Source: Eledone cirrhosa
Lineage: Eukaryota
Length of the DNA: 64,000 bases
Direction: 5' to 3'
Assembly: GCA_964016885.1 (NCBI GenBank)
Contig: OZ024741.1
Location: 345,464,001-345,528,000, forward strand
Shown here one piece after another: positions 11,952 through 25,478 of this stretch. Numbering within the stretch: the stretch's first letter is position 1; each line of letters begins with the position of its first letter. Under the pieces are notes generated by a model, which was not told the DNA's origin, did not search any database, and worked only from the letters and a program-made list of their open reading frames with translations. A program made the translations under genes and the position numbers.

Positions 11952-12219
11952 AATTGTTTCTACTTTTGGCACAAGGCCAACAATTATCCCAGTGCATTAC
12001 TGGTACTTTATTTTATCGACCCCATAAGAATGAAAGGCAAAGTTAACTTCGGTTGGATTTGAACTCAGAACATAAAGGGACGTAACTCTATGCTGCGAAG
12101 CAGGGTGTCCGGCGCTCTACCGATTCTGCCAATCCACCGCCCTTCTGCCAAACCACTGCCATCAAAATAATTGTTTCTACTTTTGGCACAAGACCAGCAA
12201 TTATTCCAGTGCATTACTG
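11952..12219 (-). mobile_element. tRNA-SINE family A, one full copy plus a partial copy
   Basis: 5' end GGCGGTGGATTGGCAG on the minus strand at ~12140; B-box GTTCAAATCC. Confidence 0.85.
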
Positions 12220-12339
12220 ATGAATGACTTTATAATAGCTTTACAACGATCTTCTATGGGAGGTAATCCATCCACGCAATAGTCAAGTTCCTGCAGTTGT
12301 ACGAATTTTAGTTAAGTGAATAGTAATTAAAGTTGTACA

Positions 12340-13220
12340 TTTTTTTGAAAGCCGAGAGAGCATGGTACATGTTGATGGAAAATTAGACTCGGAAACCATT
12401 TCTCGCATTCAAAAGTCTTTGGCAGTCTAGAATTTAAAGTCTGGTCATTGCATCATATCAAAACTGACACAAAAATTGAGGCATACGTTATATTATTCAC
12501 CCTGCACTGTTTTATTCTTCTGAAACCTGGACGATATACACTTATTATATTGAAAATTTGGAAAGGTTTCATCAGAAATAACTCCGCGACACACTCAGAA
12601 TAAGCTGGTCCTCACCTTTTCCTGACACTGAGGTTCTCGCTGGAGCTAGGATCACATCAATCCAACTACGAAGGACAGGTCATCTCATCCGTATGGGTGA
12701 TGAGCGCATTCGGAAACAAATGTTTTACGGCGAGTTTATGCTTGGGAAAGAGAAAACACAGTAAAGCAAAGAAAAGGTACAAAGACTGTTTAAAATTAAA
12801 CTTGAAATGTCTTAAAACATGTTACAAAAGACAAGGAAGTCTAGTTAGTTACGATTTGAAAATAAAAATACGTAAAAATGAGATCAATAATAATTGCGAT
12901 GGGAGTGATTCTCATTTTTCTTGAAATGTTCCTTATGCAGAAAACAATGCCTATATTACACTGGTCTGAGATTGCACCAGCACACCCATGCAGGTAGGAT
13001 ACACGTAGGTTATTGGAATTTCATTCCCGATGACTAGTTTCAATGCCATATTTGTCAAAAAACTTGCAAGTCACGTGAAGGAGTGAAGCGGTATTTGGAT
13101 ATTCACACGCGCAGAAAATGGAACTAATGGTGAAATGAACTATTTCTGCGGTATTTCTGGCTATCTCTTCAAGCAACTTTCAGGGCATAAAAGTCATTGA
13201 ATATCTCACTCTAGAAAATA
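12340..13220 (+). pseudogene. Decayed RTE-clade LINE 3' fragment with C-terminal C2H2-like motif
   Basis: YSSETWTIY...LERFHQK...ISWS...QLRRTGHLIRM...KRYKDCLK...FQCHICQKTCKSREGVKRYLDIH. Confidence 0.7.
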
Positions 13221-13285
13221 CCAAATACCAAGCGGTCGAGCTCTGCAAAGAACACACACACACGCACGCAAACAACACCCCAAAA

Positions 13286-13320
<35 letters not shown>

Positions 13321-13368
13321 TATAGATAGGTAAATATACACGGGTGTGTATGATTGTGTATAGAAGAT

Positions 13369-13726
13369 TATATTAATAAGAGGAATTTCAACTTTGTCTG
13401 ATTTACTCGTTTTATTTAAAATCCTTTAAAATATATAATGGTATTATAATGAAATAGTATGATAGAATATTAAATTCTAAGTGTTAATTGAACAAGTACT
13501 TTCATGCTTTCGCAATCTTCAGGATTCAACAGTTGAAAATTGCAAACTCGACTGTCACCACATATTATGAACCTGAAGATTGCGAAAGCATGAAAGTACT
13601 TGTTCAATTAACACTTAGAATTTAATATCCTACCATACTATTTCATTATAATACCATTATATATTTTAAAGGATTGTAAATAAAACGAGTAAATCAGACA
13701 AAGTTGGAATTCCTCTTATTAATATA
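13369..13726. mobile_element. Tail-out palindrome (~155-bp arms) carrying a hammerhead, next to (TA)n
   Basis: Arms 13369-13523 and 13572-13726 with a ~48-bp spacer. Confidence 0.85.
13568..13606 (+). ncRNA. Minimal type I hammerhead ribozyme
   Basis: TGAAC-CTGAAGA-T TGC GAAA GCA T-GAAA-GTAC-TT-GTTCA. Confidence 0.88.
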
Positions 13727-14036
<310 letters not shown>

Positions 14037-14196
14037 AGGAGGTTATAGTTCACTTGAAACATTGTGTAATGAGGTATAAACGTTTGAATATGTATAATAA
14101 AGCCAAAACAATGCAGGTATGGACATAGAAAAAAGAATGCAATTGCAAAAGATATTGTTGACAATTCGTCTTTTACCTTAGATTTATTTTAAACGT

Positions 14197-14231
14197 CCTT
14201 AATTTTCGAGATAATATCTCTTCTTCAGAGG
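14197..14231 (-). ncRNA. Minimal type I hammerhead (left arm)
   Basis: Reverse complement of 15831-15865. Confidence 0.78.
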
Positions 14232-14615
14232 GAAATAAAGGTCTCAAACCAGCGTTCTAAATATCTTGCCAAGCCATGCTGCCAGGAAATAGTATAGAGT
14301 ATCTGTTCTATCTCTAATGTCAAAGAGTTAAAATTAGGTGGATAAAGAGTAGTCTCCCTTTAAAAGGGGTTTGTTTAGGTTTTTTTAATTTTTTTTATAT
14401 ACATGCCCGTTTAAGTGTGTGGGAGAATGCATGAAGGTGTAAGTATGTGAATGTGTGTGTGTGTGCGTGTGAGAAGATAAGTCTATTCGTAAATGTGGGG
14501 GATAGGTGTTATCTGGTGTTAGAACTGGTTTTGTGTGTGTATGTGTGAGAGAGAATAAGTGGAGGTGTAAGCGTGTGTGTGTATGGGGTGTGTAAATATG
14601 GGGCTAGAAGCCCTA

Positions 14616-15483
14616 TCAGGTTATAAATTCGGTGTTGAGTTCTAGTCTATTATTGATAGGGGGTTGTGTTTTATCTATAATTAGTGCTTCCTTAATCCTA
14701 AGATTGCCGAGGTTTCTTTCCTTAGTTTCTATCCTAAATGTTATGGTTTTGTCGGTATTTTTGCATTTAACTAGGTGTTTCTTAAATGAGGAAGCGTTAC
14801 TATTGAGGTGTTCTTTTATTCTTATGTGGAGTGGTCTGGTGGTGCTACCTACGTAGAAGTTGTTGCATTTGTCACACTCTAGTCTGTATACGACGTAAGC
14901 CTGGTGGCATAGGTCTGTGTCGTTGATGGGGCAGTTGGCTAGTCTGCAGCAGTTGTCATGTCTGGTGGAGTGTCTTTTGGCTAGCTGTCCGCGCAGAGAA
15001 GGACCTGAGTGGGCCAGTTGGATATCTAGTCCTTCTCGTCTGATGGCTCTGTTGTTGTTTCTTCACTGAAGTGTGGGAGCTTCAGGAAGCAAGTGTTAGT
15101 GCCTCGGGTGTGGTGTCCTCTGTTCTTTCTGGCACGGTTTGTGGTGGATGTCGTTATCCGTTCAGTTTGAGTACTTTCAGAAAATGTGTGGTGTGTGTGT
15201 CTCGGTCTCTAGCGTCGGTGCATTTGTTCCGGATACGTGCCAGTTCGTTCCTTATGTATCCGAACTTGGCACTGAGTGGGAGGGCCGATCCGAAATGTAC
15301 GAACAGGTCCCTGCTGAAGGCTTTTTTATAGAAGCAGGTGTGGATGTTGCCTTCCTCTGTTACCCTGAGTTGGAAGTCCAGTAGGGATAGGGATCCGCGG
15401 TCGTCGGGGTGTTCCATGCTGAACTTTATACTGGCGTCCATGCTGGAGAATGTTGTGTATATTTTATCTGCCTCCTCACGGGA
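14616..15483 (-). pseudogene. PLE RT C-terminus plus GIY-YIG (disrupted)
   Basis: SIKFSMEHP..SLSLLDFQL..FYKK...NGYP-like segment; C..CP....LC..AYVVYRLECDKCNNFYVGSTTRPLHIRIKEH...KEALII...PPIN. Confidence 0.85.
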
Positions 15484-15830
15484 TTTTGTATAGAGGTCCT
15501 TCTATGCTAGAGACGATGGGTCTTATTTAACCAGTTCTAACACCAGATAACACCTATCCCCCACATTTACGAATAGACTTATCTTCTCACACGCACACAC
15601 ACACACACACTCACATACTTACACCTTCATGCATTCTCCCACACACTTAAACAGGCATGTATATAAAAAAAAACAAAAAAACCCTAAACAAATCCCTTTT
15701 AAAGGGAGACTACTCTTTATCCACCTAATTTTAACTCTTTGACATTAGAGATAGAACAGATACTCTATACTATTTCCTGGCAGCATGGCTTGGCAAGATA
15801 TTTAGAACGCTGGTTTGAGACCTTTATTTC

Positions 15831-15865
15831 CCTCTGAAGAAGAGATATTATCTCGAAAATTAAGG
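15831..15865 (+). ncRNA. Minimal type I hammerhead (right arm)
   Basis: CCT-CTGAAGA-A GAGATA T TATCTC-GAAA-AT-TA-AGG. Confidence 0.78.
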
Positions 15866-15991
15866 ACGTTTAAAATAAATCTAAGGTAAAAGACGAATTG
15901 TCAACAATATCTTTTGCAATTGCATTCTTTTTTCTATGTCCATACCTGCATTGTTTTGGCTTTATTATACATATTCAAACGTTTATATATA

Positions 15992-16120
15992 TATATTTTA
16001 TCTGCCTCCTCACGGGATGATGTGAGGATGAGTATGTCATCTACATATCGGGTGAAAAAGGCATGGGAATGGCAGGTGTTGAGGGCTCGGCATTCTAGCT
16101 GGTTCATGTAGGTGATGGCC
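15992..16120 (-). pseudogene. PLE RT catalytic fragment
   Basis: MAITYMNQLE...FFTRYVDDILILTSSREEADKI. Confidence 0.8.
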
Positions 16121-16409
16121 ATCATTATTATCATATTTACACATAATTTTTCTTCTGCTGCTACGCGTCTGTTTCGTTCTTTGTACCTTTACCCTTTCTA
16201 GCAGTCTCTCTCTCTGTTAGCTTCCTCCTCAACTTTCACTCACTCATTCTCTGTCACTACCTCTCCTCCTCCTCTTCCTTCCCGTTTGACCTGTGTGTAA
16301 TTCTTTTCTCGCGCGTTCTTGGTCAAGCCGGTATGAAATTTTTTTCTCTCTCTCTCTTTCGTCTGCGACTTCACAAAACTTATGTTTACCGAATTCGTAG
16401 ACCAGATCC

Positions 16410-16614
16410 CTTCTTCTTCTTCTTCTTCTTCTTCTTCTTCTTCTTCTTCTTCTTCTTCTTCTTCTTCTTCTTCTTCTTCTTCTTCTTCTTCTTCTTCTTC
16501 TTCTTCTTCTTCTTCTTCTTCTTCTTCTTCTTCTTCTTCTTCTTCTTCTTCTTCTTCTTCTTCTTCTTCTTCTTCTTCTTCTTCTTCTTCTTCTTCTTCT
16601 TCTTCTTCTTCTTC
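16410..16614. repeat. (CTT)n microsatellite
   Basis: Direct inspection. Confidence 0.95.
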
Positions 16615-16945
16615 CCGTTAGACTTGTGCGAAATTCCTTCCTTGCTCAGATTTCAACCAGGTTTGATGGTCTTTTGTCTCTTGTTCACGATTTCACCGAG
16701 TTTATATTCATAGAGATCTGGGACTTGTCTATTTCTTCTCACTTTCCGTTGCGTAAACCATTTTGTTTGTTACCCTAACGTCCCCTTTATTTACGTGTTC
16801 CAACGACTTTTTTTAGCCGTTGTTCGCACCAACCTGAGGTATATGGCCCTTAAAGCGATGAAATGCCTGGGACGGTTGGAGGGTCACTGATGAAGGACTT
16901 ACTTTTTCCTATGCACCCCATTTGCAACGCGCAGCCATCATTATT

Positions 16946-16999
<54 letters not shown>

Positions 17000-17111
17000 A
17001 AATGGAATAGAATGAAATGAAATTTCATTTCTCACTCTTAGTACGGCACTTACTTAAATGTAAGTATGTATGTATACGTACATACATATATGCATACAGA
17101 CGTACAGTAGC

Positions 17112-17169
<58 letters not shown>

Positions 17170-17315
17170 GCACACATATATATATGTACGTATCAGTTTA
17201 GCGAACATTTATTATAATGCTCTCTTTGTCCGTTTGTAAACAAACGGACAGCCTGATTTATGCCGTACGGTGTTAAGGCAACCACGTCACCTTTTTGTTC
17301 AACACTGACACAGGA

Positions 17316-17358
17316 ACGATGTACTAGTTTCAAGCTTGTTAGCTATCGTCAGCACCGT
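17316..17358 (-). ncRNA. Minimal type I hammerhead, unit 1
   Basis: ACGGTG-CTGACGA-T AGCT AACA AGCT T-GAAA-CTAG-TA-CATCGT. Confidence 0.9.
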
Positions 17359-17592
17359 ATACCCTTCTGCCAGATGGTTGAACGTTCGAAAGTATATACT
17401 TTCTTTATGAAAATTAATGGCTGAGCAGCCTAATTTGCATATCGAGTGAGTTCAGTCGGCCAGGCGCACCGAAAACGATAAAATGGAATAGAATGAAATG
17501 AAATTTCATTTCTCACTCTTAGTACGGCACTTACTTAAATGTAAGTATGTATGTATACGTACATACATATATGCATACAGACGTACAGTACC

Positions 17593-17627
<35 letters not shown>

Positions 17628-17780
17628 CAGGCACACACATATATATATATGTACGTATCAGTTTAGCGAACATTTATTATAATGCTCGCTTTGTCCGTTT
17701 GTAAACAAACGGACAGCCTGATTTATGCCGTACGTTGTTAAGGCAACCACGTCACCTTTTTGTTCAACACTAACACAGGA

Positions 17781-17823
17781 ACGATGTACTAGTTTCAAGC
17801 TTGTTAGCTATCGTCAGCACCGT
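17781..17823 (-). ncRNA. Minimal type I hammerhead, unit 2
   Basis: Identical motif to unit 1. Confidence 0.9.
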
Positions 17824-18057
17824 ATACCCTTCTGCCAGATGGTTGAACGTTCGAAAGTATATACTTTCTTTATGAAAATTAACGGCTGAGCAGCCTAATT
17901 TGCATATCGAGTGAGTTCAGTCGGCCAGGCGCACCGAAAACGATAAAATGGAATAGAATGAAATGAAATTTCATTTCTCACTCTTAGTACGGCACTTACT
18001 TAAATGTAAGTATGTATGTATACGTACATACATATATGCATACAGACGTACAGTACC

Positions 18058-18144
<87 letters not shown>

Positions 18145-18297
18145 CAGGCACACACATATATATATATGTACGTATCAGTTTAGCGAACATTTACTATAAT
18201 GCTCGCTTTGTCCGTTTGTAAACAAACGGACAGCCTGATTTATGCCGTACGTTGTTAAGGCAACCACGTCATCTTTTTGTTCAACACTAACACAGGA

Positions 18298-18340
18298 ACG
18301 ATGTACTAGTTTCAAGCTTGTTAGCTATCGTCAGCACCGT
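18298..18340 (-). ncRNA. Minimal type I hammerhead, unit 3
   Basis: Identical motif to unit 1. Confidence 0.9.
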
Positions 18341-18574
18341 ATACCCTTCTGCCAGATGGTTGAACGTTCGAAAGTATATACTTTCCTTATGAAAATTAAC
18401 GGCTGAGGAGCCTAATTTGCATATCGAGTGAGTTCAGTCGGCCAGGCGCACCGAAAACGATAAAATGGAATAGAATGAAATGAAATTTCATTTCTCACTC
18501 TTAGTACGGCACTTACTTAAATGTAAGTATGTATGTATACGTACATACATATATGTATACAGACGTACAGTAGC

Positions 18575-18633
<59 letters not shown>

Positions 18634-18726
18634 CAGGCACACATATATATATGTACGTATCAGTTTAGCGAACATTATAATAAATGTTCGCTAAACTGAT
18701 ACGTACATATATATATGTGTGCCTGC

Positions 18727-18780
<54 letters not shown>

Positions 18781-18829
18781 GCTTCTGTACGTCTGTATGC
18801 ATATATGTATGTACGTATACATACATACT

Positions 18830-18888
<59 letters not shown>

Positions 18889-18937
18889 GCTACTGTACGT
18901 CTGTATGCATATATGTATGTACGTATACATACATACT

Positions 18938-19054
<117 letters not shown>

Positions 19055-19641
19055 CTTATCCATGTTAATCTTCATTCATTCGTATAGCTTATCCATGTTA
19101 ATATATATATATATATATATAGCTTATCCATGTTAATCTTCATTCATTCGTATATAGACTAACAGAAGATTCGGAGATGGCCTCCGAGATGGTCGGCAGC
19201 CACAATAACACATCTCCGAATAAAATATTTTCTATATTCTCTGTTTGTGTTTACCGTAATAATTAACTAATTATGCAATCCGAATCTGATGATGTCGCCA
19301 GGATACTACGCAACCAGATCATTGAAATATATATGATGTTTTTGAAACAATAAAACTTTAAAGGAATATTACCAGTCCGGCCTCCTGTTATTTTAATCAA
19401 ATTAATATTTAATTCCGTTCCTGCACCAGGCAAGGGATTCAAAATCAACGATAGATTAGTTGCGTAACGCAGAGTGCTTTTTCTACTATTGCATCATGAT
19501 TAACTAAACTGAATGACTAAAAGACATAAATGTATATATATTGGGTGTCAAGTATGACATTTATAGAAATTTGTAGAGAAAAACAAATTTCTACAAATTT
19601 ATATTATTATTCTTACTAGCAAATTTATATTATCATTCTTA

Positions 19642-19847
19642 CTAGCAAAAAAACCCCCACCCGAAGGGTGGTTCTCTGCTAGCATGTGTAGTGTGTATAT
19701 TGATATTATACGCAAGTATATATACATGTAGATATGGTACGTCAAATAAATCGTAATTGACAATATACTCAGAAATTGAAGAGTCTTGTTACACTGTCCT
19801 ATGTCATCAGTAACGTAATCCATGATACATTAAAAAAAAGACGATAT
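19642..19847 (-). mobile_element. Helitron-like repeat 3' end (copy 2)
   Basis: Homologous to 4326-4530; hairpin plus CTAG. Confidence 0.65.
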
Positions 19848-20784
19848 CTAATATATATTTGTGAAATGGGCGGTGGTTGAAATTCAGATGTGCACGGCTA
19901 AATGCTAGTAGACGTGGTCGAACTGACATGAAAATTTACACACCTATGTAAAAAGTGCCAAGGAAGCAAATAGACGAGGTTTCAAATCTCTAACTTGAAA
20001 AAATGTGGTCCTTGGGCCCCAAAATTATCACGTTTGGTGAATTATTTCCCTCTGTTCTAATACTTTTGTCTTATTTACAATTTCATACAAATAAAGCAGT
20101 AAATAAAGGATTATGAGTTCATGCAATTGACTTATGTTTCGTCACTATATATATATATATATATATAAATATATATATATATCACTGATGAGGGACTCAT
20201 TTTATAACATGTTATCCATGTGCAACCAGCAGTATTCTTCTCACCCATATTTTTCATATATTTACCCAAACCGCAATTCTGTGTTTCTCTCTTTCTCTCT
20301 TACTGCTCCCTCGTTCTCTCTGTTTCTCTTACTTTCTTTCGTCCCCTCTGCCATGTCAGTTAACTCTTTCTCTCTACTGACCTCTTCCTCGCACTCCCAC
20401 TCACTCAGTCCCTGTTTCTCCCCTTCTTTCTTCTTCCCGTTCGCTGGAAAAACGGTTTTCATTCTTTCTAACACCGGATTCACTAGTGAAAGGTCTGTTT
20501 CTGACTCGCTCATATATTCACACAGCTTATGCTGAAAGAATAACTATGTTGCTTGTGTTTATTTCCATCTTCGGTTAGCTTCCCCCTGTGTTGTTTACTT
20601 GTCTCACTCGCTTTACGCGTTTCTATTTTCCTAATAACTTATTTTAGTTATTATCGCTCCAACGTGAGGTATATGATTTTTAATGCGATGAAATACCCAT
20701 GATCGTTTGGTAAATCACTGATGAGGGACTCATTTTATAACATGTTATCCATGTGCAACCAGCAGTATTCCTCTCACCCATATT

Positions 20785-20853
<69 letters not shown>

Positions 20854-21604
20854 TGAAAACGCTTTAATAAAAAAAAATATCAACTGTAATGTATGTATGC
20901 ATGTATTTATGTGTTTATATGAGCGGGGATATGCAAGTAAATCTTACTTTGTGGACAGCTTATCCTTAGAATAATATTCATGCTAGAACAGCATATATTT
21001 GAAAGTTTTCAGGGAGTTGAATTACTGATTTTGGATCGGCAGCTTTAGCTTTGAAAAAATGAAATATGCAGTGTAAACATTTTTTATTATTCCTCCGGGG
21101 ATGAATCTTCTCTGCATTTTTCCATCTCTTTCTTTCTCTCTGGAAGAAATCAGCCGTAGTAAGACCTAAAAAAATGGTTAGATACACCATGACGCACCGT
21201 GCATCACGGTGGAGTTGAAAAGCAGACTCAGAACATGGCGTTGTGTGGGGGTGGCTCGCAGCCCAATGTTCCAGGGGGAGCAAAAAAAGTGAGCTGGAGT
21301 CCTATCAAATATGTAGGTTGTCTTAAATTGAAGGTTTAGTAGAAACAATTCATGTATAGTTTTGTACTTTTCTTTTTGTCATTCATATATAAACAAATCT
21401 ACTATATAAATTGGAAGTGGTCGGACGTTGTATATGTAGGTGTAGTCGGATAAACGTCGAAACGGCTTGGTGGAATGCAGCGAAAATTTACAGTTATGCA
21501 GAATGACCCGAGGAGGCGTTGGGTCGACTTTCAAGATACAATCTTCCATGGTTACGGAGAAAATCGATGAAACATGAATTTCCCATTCAACTTGAACTGA
21601 GAGT

Positions 21605-21812
21605 AATTTGTGAACGCAGAAGTAATTATTTCGAGAAACGTTGCAACCGAACGAAAACAGGAAGACGATATTTTGGTTCGTGAAGACGTTCCCTGGCAAT
21701 GAACGGGAAAAAAAGCGAGGATAAACGTCGTTATGTGGAGCGTGAAGAACAATTTCATGCAAAGACAAGACCAAGATTATGGTATAAATGGAGTCGTTAG
21801 ACTAATATTCTA
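21605..21812 (-). mobile_element. Diverged relative of the Naiad-type PLE 3' region
   Basis: ACGTTGCAACCG..ACAGGAAGACGATA.TTTGGTTCG..ACGTTC.CTGGCAA matches 6500-6830. Confidence 0.6.
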
Positions 21813-21947
21813 TTTAAAATAACAGAATGATTTCCAGCCCGGAGTTTAAGAATGATGTAAATAAAATTGAAAACGAAAATGACAGGTTATTAAAATAGTA
21901 AAAGTAAATAGTGAAGATTTAGGCCAGTACATACGTATGCCCCGACG

Positions 21948-22032
<85 letters not shown>

Positions 22033-22049
22033 ACACACGCGAACGCACG

Positions 22050-22494
22050 CGCGTATGTATAAACCTTATGCATTTCTACAGTATTTTCACCAAACTTAAG
22101 ACATAGGTTACTTATGTACTTATGTCACGGGCACTGTCATTTTTCCAGATATTGATTATAGGGGCCCCCGGCAGATAACCCCTTTAACCACTTTAATCAC
22201 TTCCTTGGAGTAGACTGAAGCACTGCAGTGCAATGCAACAAAACGTCATAACTTCTGGAGTTCGCAACCGATTTTCACAAAACTTGACACATGGGCTACG
22301 TTTGTCCTACAGATGAATGTGAACTCTCAGAATTGGCACATATTGGGTAGGGGACCCCTGGGGGCAGGAACCCCCTTTTGGAAAAAGCCGATGATTTTGT
22401 AAAAGTATAGTTTTCGAAGCAGCACTGAAGTATTGACATAAATGGTATACACAATTGCTATTAATATCCGAGCAACGCCGGGTACCTCTGCTAG
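22050..22494 (+). mobile_element. Non-autonomous Helitron/Helentron-like element
   Basis: 3' hairpin CCGAGCAACGCCGGG then CTGCTAG|T; internal TTTTCACCAAACTT..ACA motifs; 5' boundary approximate. Confidence 0.7.
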
Positions 22495-22509
22495 TATATA
22501 TATGTATAT

Positions 22510-22790
22510 GATGTGGTCTTTGGCGTAGAGTATTTCCAGAGCTTCAGCGGCGCAGAGGTCACACGGTCATTTATTTCCGTTATACGATCAAGCCTTAGGT
22601 AGGATCTCCCAGTGTAACTTATATTGGGTGTGGTTGTCTTTTAGACTCCAAATATAAGCTGAAAGTGACGTCATATTCCTTCTTAAAGGGTTAAGAAAAG
22701 ATTGGGTATGCATGTAAAGACGCTGCTTGAATCTACGATATTTATCCTTATCGAACCCTCTTTGGATTTTAGTCTTCAAATTTATTATAT
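22510..22790. mobile_element. Rearranged fragment of the 6320-9672 PLE family
   Basis: 22510-22729 is minus-strand GIY-YIG (matches 7489-7708), joined to the plus-strand 3' tail (matches the reverse complement of 6325-6375), then (TA)n. Confidence 0.85.
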
Positions 22791-22791
22791 A

Positions 22792-22907
<116 letters not shown>

Positions 22908-23629
22908 TACTTAATGAAAACGAAAGCTGTTAATCTAAGAGTTACAATTAATAATTTAAATGACATTCCAACACAGATCTACATTTCCCCAGGAGAAACA
23001 GTACAAAGGGGAGTTGGGTTACGTAGCGCTTCAAGAAGAATATGGGTAAACAAATATACAAAGGCGTAAGCAAGCTTAAAACAGGCGAAGAAAAGACCAA
23101 CAAAAAATATTGAGCAAATGATTTACATAACCATGAAATAGTCAATTAGTATAAGCAGTAGTGGGGATGTTGTGCGATGAGGCATGTTATAGAAAGAGCA
23201 AAGATCGCCGCTTAGAAATAACCGACCATATTCAGAATTGTAATATTTTAAACTATGCGAGAACATAAGCATTAAATGTTCTACTTAAAATCATTAAAAT
23301 ATTCTCCTTCTACTGTTTCTTTTGATGAAATGCAGATCTTTGCCTTTTAAAATTATTAATTGTAACTGTTGGATTCATTGTTTAATAAATATTGGCACCG
23401 CACTTATCTCTATAGAAACAATTGTTGGGATTAAATATAAATTTGAATTAGCAGCCTTGGTTTTCATTTTCTATTAAGTTTTCATTTTCTATTAAGTTCT
23501 ATGTCCTATGACATTCACTGTCTTCAACTACCTATGTGCTAACCCATCGGAGTACACCTTTGATTCGACTTGGATTCCTGTATACTCTCGACTCTAATAA
23601 AGCATTGTGCTTTACGCACCTTATCAAAA

Positions 23630-23815
23630 ATAATTGTTTCTACGTTAGGCACAAGGCCAGCAATTACCCAGTGCATTACTGGTACTTTATTTTATCGACC
23701 CCGTAAGGATGAAAGGCAAAGTTAACCTTGGCGGGATTTGAACTCAGAATGGCAAGGGCCGTAACTCTATACGTCAAAGCATGGCGGCCGACCCTCTAAC
23801 AATACTGCCAATCCA
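23630..23815 (-). mobile_element. tRNA-SINE family A
   Basis: Consensus match with B-box. Confidence 0.85.
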
Positions 23816-23918
23816 CAATAGTGAATAATTATATCTATATCTATCTATCTATCTGGTGCTATTAAGTTGGATATGGCCTGGGCCAATACTGGCTGAATCC
23901 TATCAAAGTTATCAAAGT

Positions 23919-24028
<110 letters not shown>

Positions 24029-25389
24029 CGCGCGCGTGTGAATGTGTGTGCATGTGTGCGTGTGCGTGTGTGAATATAAAATGGAATTGTAAACTTCCTG
24101 ACTTAAATACAACACTTTCTTGTCGGAGGACCATGGTTTACAAACGGAGAGAAAAAATACCGTTGTAACACATTACAATATATTACACGCAATAAAATTA
24201 GATAGAAAAGCAAAAAAAACAAAAACAGTTGACAAAATTATATTTCTGTAGAGAATCCCACCTTCCCGCCACACACACACACACGACCCCCCCTCCCAAA
24301 AAAAAACAACAACCCCACAGAAGAATATGTATGGAGACTTTATTAATAGGAAAATAGAAACCAAGAATCAAAATGAAGATACATCACATGAAAATGAAAT
24401 AAGAAATCTACCAAGAATTAACTAATAGACTTATGAATTTAGGCAGGTTTGTCAACTAACATGAATTAAAATACTGGAAAAATCTGGCAGAAATGCTGGA
24501 AAATTGTAGAAAATAGTTGAAAAATACTGCAAAACATTACCACTAATGAAATAACTATTTTATAGTTTTTAGCTACTTTTAAGTAAGTTTTTAATTAACC
24601 GTATTTATTTTTTATATAACAATCATTTCTATTGCAGAGTTTTAAAACTTAAAATTAGGGATGTACTTTATATGTATATAAGAACGAGCTAGTACATGAG
24701 TGAATGTGGACATTGCGACAGATACATACATACGTACGTACCTAGATGCATGCATACATACATACATTCATATGTACGTACATACATGATGGCTGTAAAC
24801 TCTGCTAAGAGTATTGCAATCGCTTGTCAGATTATAAAGTTTGGTGCACTTTCAGTCTACGACCAGCCGCACAAACCTATAACATAACCTGAACAAGCAA
24901 TGCCTATTCTTTGAAGGTTTTTAAAGTGGAACGGCCTTGCACTCGACCAATCCCACTCTCTGAGCATCGAAAACACTACCCGAAAAGGAGAACTGGTCAA
25001 CATCATCGGATGCTTCAGCAGATGCAGGTTTTCTTTCAGAGTTTTCCCCTCTTAGAAAGGTGTTGTGACAACAACTGGGGGCCTTTCACTCCCAGGTAAA
25101 AAAAAAGGACTATTTGGATGGCCGTTGACTCTGCTGAGTTCCTCCGCCCTTCTCTGCCCTTCTCCGGGTCTTGTATTTCATCCAGCAGCGTGTCGAAATA
25201 TCACCCCCCCCCCTCAAGCTTGGTGGGGTTGCCGGTTTAGACGCTGACGAGCCGACCATGAGACAGGTTGTACTGGCTTACATGTTGCCAGTAGCACTCG
25301 AGAGCGACCTGACATAAACATACATACATACATACATGCATGCATACATACATACATTCATACGCGCACGCACACAAAAACATAAATAA

Positions 25390-25478
<89 letters not shown>

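Noticed and set aside
19283-19340. CTGATGA...GAAA-TATATA hammerhead-like string
   Set aside because: Stems I and II pair poorly and the cleavage position is G; too degenerate to call
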